NCBI GenBank assembly: GCA_004431415.1
Contig: QPMI01000013.1
Location: 121,158 to 185,157 of the forward strand
Length of the DNA: 64,000 nucleotides
Direction of reading: 5' to 3'
Source: Cyanophora paradoxa CCMP329
Lineage: Eukaryota; Plantae; Glaucophyta
The notes beneath the pieces were generated by a model that was not told the DNA's origin, searched no databases, and saw nothing but the letters and a program-made list of their open reading frames with translations. Numbering within the stretch: the stretch's first letter is position 1; the number at the start of each line of letters is the position of its first letter. Made by a program: the position numbers and the translations under genes. This document shows, one piece after another, positions 25,767-33,957 of the stretch.

Positions 25767-26026
25767 CCGTCGCCAACCCGACGCGACCCGATGCGCGCCG
25801 ACCGTCGAGCGTGCTGTATAAACCGACTCTAGGCGCCGTCACCGTGGTGGTGACGGTAAACCTTGCGGAGTTGAATCAAGGGTTCGAGTCCCCGCGGGCC
25901 CGTCGCCGACCCGACGCGCGCCGAACGTCGAGCGCGCCACCAGAGGCGAGCATAGGCGCCGTCACTCTGACGGTGACGGTAAACCCTGCGGAGTTGAATC
26001 AAGGGTTCGAATCTCGGCGGGTCCCG
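25767..26026 (+). repeat. Two tandem copies of the ~130-bp structured intergenic repeat
   Basis: Units 25767-25899 and 25900-26026. Each has CCGTCGCC(A/G)ACCCGAC, GTCGAGCG, a CCGTCAC..GTGACGG hairpin, TAAACC.TGCGGAGTTGAATC and GGGTTCGA.TC. Confidence 0.85.
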
Positions 26027-26094
26027 TTTGGCCGATGGCGCGTCGGGCGCTGGTGCGGTCCTTTCGCGCCCGCCAGTACGGTCGCGGCGCTCTG

Positions 26095-26688
26095 ATGCAT
26101 GATTGGCAGCGCGAGCAGTTCAACGGACGGGCGGCGGCCGGCGGCGCGCTCGGCGAGGATTTGAACCGCGAGGGCCACGTGGTGGTGCTGGCGAACGCCG
26201 CCGTGCACGTGGCGCACTGCGTGAACGACGCGCTGCACGAGATGCGCGCGGGCGCCGGCGACCCGTTTGTGTACAACCCGCTGCTCGTCGCGGCGGTTGC
26301 CGGCGTCCAATCGGCGCTGGACGGCGTCGCGAGCTTCTGCGACCGGCACTTCCCGAGCGGCGAGCGGCGGGAGGACAAGCTCTACTTCGACAGCTACCGG
26401 TTCGCGCACCAGTGGCTCGAGCCGGTCGAGCGCGCGCGCCTGGCGCTCCGGCGGCCCGACTTCTACAACGGCGGCGACTTTGCCGCCGTCGCCAACCGCG
26501 CCAAGCACACGCTCCCGTGGTTCGGCGCCGCGTCAGCGGACGCGGACGGCGCGCTCGACGTCCGCGACGCCGCCGGCCGCCGCCTGGTCGCCGGCACAGT
26601 CGCGCCCGCCTATCGCCTGCTCTGCCAGTGCGTGGCCGCGCTCGCCGTCCAGTGCGGCGTGCGCCTCCGCGAGTGGCCCGCGGTCTGA
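26095..26688 (+). CDS. Hypothetical helical protein, HEPN-like (paralog of 27556-28173)
   Basis: Intronless ORF (alternative ATG 26035). Motifs SALDGVASFC and ANRAKH. Aligns by eye along its length with 27556-28173. Confidence 0.7.
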   Translation: MHDWQREQFNGRAAAGGALGEDLNREGHVVVLANAAVHVAHCVNDALHEMRAGAGDPFVYNPLLVAAVAGVQSALDGVASFCDRHFPSGERREDKLYFDSYRFAHQWLEPVERARLALRRPDFYNGGDFAAVANRAKHTLPWFGAASADADGALDVRDAAGRRLVAGTVAPAYRLLCQCVAALAVQCGVRLREWPAV

Positions 26689-26746
26689 CGATTGTCCGCG
26701 CTGCCGTGGCCCGTGATGAATGCGAATATATATACGACAGTACTAC

Positions 26747-27469
26747 CTAACCAGTCAAACCAGACTCCTCGGCTATCGAGAGGCTCAGCGATGCGTATCG
26801 GACGGTGAGGGCCAGGCGGTTTGCGACGAAGTACGAGGCTCCGAGCACGCAGGCCTTGCTGAAGTGCGAGTGCGACTCGTACACCGTGGCCGGTCGGCCG
26901 TTGACCAGGAGCGTGGCGCCGAGCGCCGAGACAGACGAGAGGCCGAGCGCCTCGATGACGTCGCCCGAGACGTAGGTGTGCGGCGAGCCCGTGTCGATGA
27001 TGAATGGGGCGAACACGGCGCGCCCGCGCCTCGCGGCGACCGGCAGGACTGCGAGCGGCCGGCTGTTGGGGCCGGCGATCCGGCCCTCGACGGGGAACGC
27101 GGGGCGGCGGTCCGGCGGGGCTTCTGCGAGGTAAGCGACGCCGAACAGCTGAGCGATTGACTCCAGGTCGCTGCGGTCACGGATGTCCGTGAGCAGGACG
27201 TCGAACTGCTTCGGCGTCACGAGCGCCGGGTGCGCGTCCGCGAGCCCGGCGGCCTGCATGCTTCTGAATAGGAGCGCGAGTGGCGCGAGCGCTGAGTCGA
27301 TCTCAGAGAGCTCCGGCGACTTGTCGGGCACGTTGACCCGGATCAACCGAAGCTCCGAAAGAACGTCCGCGATGTTGGCCGCATCGCCGCGCAGGGCTGC
27401 GACTGGTCGGAGCCCGGCCGGCAGCGCGCCGAGCGCCGCTGCAGCCGCCGCCGCCTCGGCGCTTTCCAT
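26747..27469 (-). CDS. Retropepsin-like (clan AA) aspartic protease
   Basis: Catalytic FIIDTGS motif and downstream VLGASYF (the LG motif of retropepsins). Intronless, 240 aa. Confidence 0.8.
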   Translation of the reverse strand: MESAEAAAAAAALGALPAGLRPVAALRGDAANIADVLSELRLIRVNVPDKSPELSEIDSALAPLALLFRSMQAAGLADAHPALVTPKQFDVLLTDIRDRSDLESIAQLFGVAYLAEAPPDRRPAFPVEGRIAGPNSRPLAVLPVAARRGRAVFAPFIIDTGSPHTYVSGDVIEALGLSSVSALGATLLVNGRPATVYESHSHFSKACVLGASYFVANRLALTVRYASLSLSIAEESGLTG

Positions 27470-27555
27470 TGAAGGCCCTAGTTCGAGCCCCCGCGGGCCC
27501 GATTGGCGCCGTGTTCGCTGGCCCGGCGCTTCTTTCGCACGTCGACGGTGAGCCC

Positions 27556-28173
27556 ATGGCGGACGACGCGTTCCCGCTGCTGTCTGACGGTTCGCGCTTC
27601 TGGCAGGTGATGCGCGGCGCGCGGGAACCGGCCGCCAGCGGCCTCAACGCCGCCGGCCACCTGGGCACTGTGCGGGCCGCGGTGTGCGTGGTCGGCGCGC
27701 TCGTCTGCCAGGCCCAGGAGCTGTGCGCCGGGGCCGGGGCGCCGGCGGCGGACGAGCTGAACGGGCTGGCGTTCACCGCCACCGTGAGCCTGGCGGCGCT
27801 GCTGGACAGCGTCGCGCACTACTGCGAGCGCGCGCAGCCGCGCGGCCCGTACCGCCGCGACGGCAACATATACTTCGCAAGCTACCCGTTCGCGCAGAGC
27901 GATTTCCGATTCGTCGCGGAGGCCCGCGCGCGGCTCGGCGAGCTGGCGTTCGCCGGCAAGCCGTTCGCCACGCTCGTCAACGAGCTCAAGCACCACTGCC
28001 CGCACGTCGGCCAGCCGTCGCTCTTCGGCCGCACGGGCCACTACGACCTGCACGACGGCGCGGGCCGCGGTTACGTGTACGACGTCCTCGTGCCGGCGTA
28101 TCGGATCGCGCGCGACGTCGTCGCGCGCCTCGCGGCCCTGTTGCCGCCGCCGCCCGGCTTCCCCCACCCGTGA
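27556..28173 (+). CDS. Hypothetical helical protein, HEPN-like (paralog of 26095-26688)
   Basis: Motifs ALLDSVAHYC, IYFASYPF, VNELKH, DGAGR and PAYR are shared with the paralog. Confidence 0.7.
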   Translation: MADDAFPLLSDGSRFWQVMRGAREPAASGLNAAGHLGTVRAAVCVVGALVCQAQELCAGAGAPAADELNGLAFTATVSLAALLDSVAHYCERAQPRGPYRRDGNIYFASYPFAQSDFRFVAEARARLGELAFAGKPFATLVNELKHHCPHVGQPSLFGRTGHYDLHDGAGRGYVYDVLVPAYRIARDVVARLAALLPPPPGFPHP

Positions 28174-28230
28174 TGAACGCGAACATACGTGCCACCCAGC
28201 ACGCTCGCGGGTCGGGTGCCGGTCCTGGGT

Positions 28231-28320
28231 GTCGAGCGTGCTGTATAAACCGACTATAGGCGCCGTCACCATGACGGTGACGGTAAACCCTGCGGAGTTG
28301 AATCGAGGGTTCGGATCCCT
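28231..28320 (+). repeat. Third copy of the structured repeat, between convergent genes
   Basis: 81/90 identical to 25804-25893 (manual count). Its T-arm-like end overlaps the stop codon at 28319. Confidence 0.85.
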
Positions 28321-28669
28321 ACGAAACCTGAATGAGACCTCGCATGACGTCCGGGTCCATGTAGCCGGCGGTGAGCATGAGCGCGAGCCCTGACGTCATT
28401 GTAAGCTTTGCCGGGCCGACGCGCCCGACCATGAACGTGAGGAGCAGCATCACCACGCCGAGCGGCGCGCTGCCCTTCCAGCCGAAGCGGCCGTGGAGGC
28501 CGCGGAAGGCCTTGTACAGGCCGTACGGCGCCGTCGTGGCCAGCAGCAGCACCAGCGCGTAGAGCGTCAGCTTGAGCTCGAGCTCGCCGCCGTCATCCTC
28601 CGCGGCCTGCTGCTGCGGCTGCGTCGTCGAGGCCTGCGCGCCCGGCGGTCGTGACTCGGCGTTACCCAT
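28319..28669 (-). CDS. Small membrane protein with an N-myristoylation-like start (MGNAES)
   Basis: MGxxxS start and three hydrophobic segments. Paralog of 25499-25732. Confidence 0.7.
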   Translation of the reverse strand: MGNAESRPPGAQASTTQPQQQAAEDDGGELELKLTLYALVLLLATTAPYGLYKAFRGLHGRFGWKGSAPLGVVMLLLTFMVGRVGPAKLTMTSGLALMLTAGYMDPDVMRGLIQVS

Positions 28670-29070
28670 GGTCACTCGTTGCGCTCGAAAAAAACGCGCG
28701 CGGCCCGTCGCCAACCCCACGCGCGCCGACCGCCGAGCGTGCTATGGGATGAATCCGATCCGTCACGGGTCGAAGGCCGGCGGACGCGTCGCCGTCACCG
28801 ACGGTGACGCGTCACCGTGACGCGCGATCATGCGGGAAGCCGGAAAATGCGAGCGCGAAATGCCGCGCGCGCGTTTTCCTGCGGTCGCGTTTCCCGGCGC
28901 TGCGAACTGGGCCCCCGAATGACCTCCCGAGCGCCGGCCTCCGAACCTCATTCCACTCGCCCAGCGAGATTCGCAAAGCCTCAGCGCTAGCTAGCAACTC
29001 ACGGTGCGCGCGGTTTTCCCTTGGCTGCAAAACTTGGCTGACTTTTCCCTTTGCGCGCAGATCTCTCAAG

Positions 29071-32000
29071 ATGAACTCTGCCAAGTCCGACCTCAAGGGC
29101 AAGGGCGCTCTCACGGTAAGGGGATTTTGCCTTGGTGAAAAGCGCATGCCTTGGCTGATTTTGCCCGTTTTGCCGCAGCCCTCTGCGTACTTCACGATGC
29201 TTCAGGAGTTTGTCGTCGAGCCCGATTTCCCCTTCGACGAGCGCCGCTGTTTCCGCCTCAACCACGAGGGCCTTGTGCTCGCCGTGCCGGTGCGCGGGGC
29301 TTGGCTTGCCGATTGAATCGCCTCTAACTCCCGTCCGTCTTTGGCGCAGGCGGACAAGGCCACGTACGTCATGCAGCTTGTCGACAAGGACAAGCAGTCC
29401 CGCGTCCCCGAGGTCATCGACATGACCGATATCGAGGACGAGCCCGCCGGCCAGGGCCCCCCGCCCCCCGCCCCGCGCGCCAAGGGTCCGTGACTCTGCC
29501 GAAATTTCTCGCATGACGTCACGCTGACCTTTTTCGCGCCACAGCGGCCGTCCCCTTGAACTTCCCCAGCCTGGCTGCACCGGCGGCCGCGGCGGCCGCG
29601 GCGCCTGTGGCCGGCCCTTCGAGCCAGCCGGCCGCGGGCCCTTCGAGCAAGCCGGCCTCGGCGGCCTCTACGTCGGACGACGACGACGACAACGTGCCGC
29701 TGAACCGCTGTGAGCCCCGCCCCTTGCCCGCGTGCCTGCCCACGCTCACCGCCTTGCCGGCAGTGAAGCGCGGCCGGGACTCTGAGACTGCCGCCGCCAA
29801 GCCCGCCGCTGCCAAGCCCGCCGCCGCCAAGCCCGCCGCCGCCAAGCCCGCCGCCGCCAAGCCCGCCGGCGGTCTCGCTGCCAAGCTCGCCGCCAAGGCT
29901 GCCAAGTTCGCTGCCAAGTTCGCTGCCGAGCCCGCGGCCAAGCCCGCCGCCGCCAAGCCCGCGAGCCCTAGTGCGTAACCCTGTTTTTCGTCTGTTTGAA
30001 TAGCCCATTGACTCCCGTTGTGCGCAGAGCCGGACGACCCCACGTTCCAGCTCATCCCCTCGGCTCTGATTCCGTCGAGGCCGATCAGCCCGCCGGCCCC
30101 GGCCCCGGCTGCCGCCGCCCCGGCCCCGGCCCCGGCCGACGCCCCGGCCCCGGCCCCGGCCGACGCCCCGGCCGACGCCCCGGCTGCCGCTGCCAGCGAC
30201 GACGAGGACGTTGTCGGTCGCCAGATTCGGGAGGCCACTCAGAAGCCCGGCGGCAAGGACTTCCTCGACAAGGTCGCCAGCGACGCGTGGGAGAACGAGT
30301 CTGTGCGTGCCGAGTACGGCAAGCGCTACCTTGTGTGCGCATCGGAGCTTCGCATGGCCATCATACCCACGAGCCAGCCTGTGTCTCCCAACGCGCCGAA
30401 GAACTACGTGACTCGCGAGTGCAAGGCCCGCATTGCCATCTGCAAGCGCACCGCAGAGTACGACTACGACTCTGGCGAGGTCACGGAGATCCGCGCCAGG
30501 CGCGGGATGGGCGAGTCGAAGATGATTAATGACAGCGAGAGCTCGTACAAGGTGAAGCTGGGCGGCCAGGACGTGCTCCTCACGTTCACTGAGATCGAAG
30601 CCATCAACCGCGAGCTCGTCCACTGGCCCGTCACTCTCGACAAGGACGGCAACTGCTGCATCAAGGGCAAGGCGCGCGACGCCGCCATGGAGCGCTACCT
30701 GGCCGCGAAGGCGCGCCTCAACATGCGGAAGACTGCCGCCCTTATGGCCGAGGTGAACCTATTTCTATTCAATCCGGCACCTCTAGATCTGCGCTGACTT
30801 GGCCGCCGCAGACCGGCGAGGCCGGCGGCAAGGTCTTGAACAGCAAGTTCGGCACGACCGTCCAGCCCAACCGCGAGCTCGGTGGCACTACGAACCCCTC
30901 CTGTTCAGCTGCGGCTCGAAGGCTCGGCTGCAGGCTGCCAGCTTGACGGTGCGCCGCGCGACTGAATCGGTTCAATTTCATTCAATTGGCTCACTTTCCC
31001 GCAGATCGCCAAGGCGTACGTCGACCCCAAGATGCTGCGGGCCCGCGCGATCAAGGCGTTCGACGACACGTTCTTGGACGTCATTTTCCGGCTCTACTCG
31101 AAGCAGGAGGTGGCACAGATGGACGCGGAAGGAATCGTGAAGAGCGTCATCGCCGATATCAAGGAGGACTCAATCAAGTTCCTCGTCGAGGAGGGCATCG
31201 TGCCCGAGAAAATCGTTCTCGTCAAGACCCGCATCCACCGCGCCTTTGTGAGCCGCCGGCCGCCGCACGCGGCGTACATGGGCGTCTGCCGCCTTCTCGG
31301 CGCGCACACCGGCGCCGCTGGCAGCAGCAGCAGCCCCGCCGGCGCCCCGGCCCGCCCCGCGGGCCTGGCGACCCCGCGGCGCCCGGCGCCGCCGCGCGCG
31401 GCGCCCGCGGCGCCCGTGTCCGAGCCCGAGGCGATGGACGTCGACTCGGAGCCGGCGGCGGACCCCGAGCCGGCGGCCGAGTCGGACCACGCGACCGAGA
31501 CCGAGGGCCCCAAGCGCAAGCGCGCGAAGACCTCTGCCGAGGAGCTGACGCCCGAGGCCAAGGCCGAGAAGCGGCGCGAGGCGAACCGCAAGGGCGCTGA
31601 GACCAAGGCCAAGAACGAGGAGGCGTGGGCCCGCGCCGTCCAGAAGGGCTACAAGTTCAACGCCAAGGAACTCGAGGTGCGCGGCTGAACTCAATCGCGC
31701 TCAATCGCACGCCTGACTCCGCGGCGCGCAGAAGGACACCCTGCCGAGCCGCGCGCGGCACGTCGACGACTTCCGCAAGCTCGTCGCCGAGAAGCGCGCC
31801 GAGTTCCTGGCCGTCGCGCGCCCGCTCCGGAACTTCGAGAAGGCCATCTCTAACGCCCGCGCCGTGATTGAGAAGCGCCTCGCGGCTGCCGATTGCAAGC
31901 CCAAGGAGAAGTCGGCGCTCCTGAAGAAGCTCGAGGCCGGCGGGGCGTGCGACAAGGCCGAGGAGGCCCTGCGTGACATCACCGAGGAGATGGTCGCGGG

Positions 32001-32337
32001 GTGGCGCCAGACGATCGACGATCTCGAGTCGGCCTTCTTCACGCGCTACAACATCCCCAACTTCGCGCCCGTGGCGGCCGACTCTGCTGCGGTCGCTGCC
32101 GACTTCAAGAAGATCGTGGAGGCCTCGCAGCGCTACAAGCGGCACAACCCCGGCTTCGGCCCCGCCCCGCCGAGCGACGACGACGGCTTCTTCACCGACG
32201 CCGACGCCGTTGACGGCGACGCCGACGCCGACACCTTGGCCAACGCCGCCAGCGAGGCCGGCGACGCGGCCGGGGACGTGGCAGAGGCGCTGCTCTCGAT
32301 GGCCGCCGAGGCGGCCGCCGGGGACTTCGACGAGTAG
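29071..32337 (+). CDS. Large spliced orphan protein with histone H1-like (AAAKP)n repeats, a basic NLS and an acidic tail
   Basis: GT-AG introns at about 29116-29178, 29290-29349, 29971-30028, 30753-30811, 30949-31004 and 31677-31731. Strong GC3 codon bias. PKRKRAK motif. One -1 frameshift in exon 30812-30948 (137 nt between phase-0 introns). Confidence 0.65.
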
Positions 32338-32668
32338 GCGGCCTCTAGCTAGGAGTTGTGCAGTGTAAATAACTCAGTCAGTTTGGCTTATATTCGTGGC
32401 TTTGTTTGATCGCAAATACTTATATATTCAATTCACACTCGCGACTCTGCCTTGGCTGCCTCTAGCACTACGCGCGACTCTGCTGCCTTGGCTGCCTCTA
32501 GCGTCGTCCAAATACTGTGAAGAAGGCACGAGAGCCTGTTTACTTCTGCGATCTGGCGGTCCTCGGCGCAGTCTTCCAAGTCGAGCGCCAGCACGGCGAG
32601 GTCCCACGCGGCGCCGCTAAGGGACTCGAGCGCCTCGGCCCGCGGCGACTCGGGCGCCCCGCTCGCGC

Positions 32669-33502
32669 TCATGCCTCGGCCCTCGCTAGACGAGCGCGAA
32701 AACCTTGGCGCCGCGCGCTCCGCCCGCGGCCGCCGATCGCGACGGGCGGCTCAGGCGTGCGGGCACGGGCTCGCCGCGAAGAGGAGGCCGTGGGCGGCGG
32801 CGGGAAGGGCGGCGGCGGGCGGACCGGGAGCCCGTGGGACGAGGCCGCCGCGACGGCGAGCGCGAGCGCCGCCTGGCGGTGCTGGCCGAGCGCGGCGTCG
32901 TAGTGCGCCGCGAGCCGCCGCTGGCTGCCGTGGCACGCGTCGCAGAGCAGGTGCCGCTCGCACTGGAACATCCAGCAGGGTGCCCCGGCCGCGGGCGCCT
33001 CGTGGCAGGACGTGCACGCCTCGCCGGGCTCGGCGGCGCCGCCGGCCGCGCAGCGGCGGAAGCCCGAGGGCGCCGCGGGAGAGGGCGCCTTCGACGGGGG
33101 CGGGCAGCGCCGGAGGCGCGCGTGCAGCTGCGCGATCTCGCCGTTCAGGTTCGCCACCACGGCCCGCAGCTCCGCGACGCGCCCCTCGAGGTCCGCGCGG
33201 GCGGACGCGCCCGCGGCGACCTGCGCGGCGAGCTTGTCCGCACGCCTGCGCTCAATGCGCGCACGCTCCTCGGCGGCCTTGGCCGCGAGGGCGCACGCGC
33301 GGCCGGCCGCCTCCTCGGACCGGAGCACCACCTCCAGGGCGGCCGCCCTGGCCTCCGCGTCGGTTGCGCGACGGGTCGCCAGCTCCACCAGGTCGACCCC
33401 GAGCGCTCGGGTGCGCGACTCGGCGCCCTCCGACATGTCAAAATGCAGCCGCGCCAAATCGCGCTCGCATTCCTCAAGGCCGATCGCGACGCAGCTCTTC
33501 AT
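32669..33502 (-). CDS. Coiled-coil/leucine-zipper protein with a partial RING-like zinc finger
   Basis: Heptad LEGRVAE-LRAVVAN-LNGEIAQ-L and CTSC...CERHLLCDAC. The 3' structure is uncertain and may continue into 32433-32672. Confidence 0.55.
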   Translation of the reverse strand: MKSCVAIGLEECERDLARLHFDMSEGAESRTRALGVDLVELATRRATDAEARAAALEVVLRSEEAAGRACALAAKAAEERARIERRRADKLAAQVAAGASARADLEGRVAELRAVVANLNGEIAQLHARLRRCPPPSKAPSPAAPSGFRRCAAGGAAEPGEACTSCHEAPAAGAPCWMFQCERHLLCDACHGSQRRLAAHYDAALGQHRQAALALAVAAASSHGLPVRPPPPFPPPPTASSSRRARARTPEPPVAIGGRGRSARRQGFRARLARAEA

Positions 33503-33699
33503 GATAATGTGTGTGTGCGGGAGAGGCCGCCCCGGTCGAGGGCCGGCGCGGCAGATGGCCGGTCCGCTGGCAGATGGCCGGTTCGCCGGTGACGGTGACG
33601 GGCGGCCATGTGATCATGGCCCGGGACCATGCGTTCGATTTTTCGTGCAAGTTGCAAGAACTTGCAACGATAGGGGTGTTGCGGGGTAAGTGCGGCTAA

Positions 33700-33880
33700 T
33701 TGCGACACTCGGGCTCGTAATTGTATTTATTAATTTTACATCACACTGAAGCGACTCGGATATCAGTAATTACGTACCCCAAAAATATACATAATTTGAG
33801 TTTTAACTTAATTATGTGCATTAATTGCTTGCAAATATTATTTTGACGGTCACCTGACGGCATAATATTGCAATTATCAC
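33700..33880. promoter_or_regulatory. AT-rich island between divergent genes
   Basis: Strongly AT-rich stretch in otherwise very GC-rich DNA. Hairpins just upstream at 33604-33621 and 33651-33668. Confidence 0.45.
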
Positions 33881-33957
33881 TCTCGAGCTCCGACTCGGAG
33901 ACTCTCGGGCCGGCGGGCTCCTAGTATCCAACAGGCATTCAGGCGACTCGAAAGTAC

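Noticed and set aside
26747-27469. LTR retrotransposon
   Set aside because: No LTRs, gag, RT, RNase H or integrase near the protease.
25767-28320. CRISPR array or true tRNA genes
   Set aside because: Units are about 130 bp, irregularly spaced and separated by whole genes. There are no cas genes. Only a T-arm-like motif is present, with no acceptor/anticodon cloverleaf.
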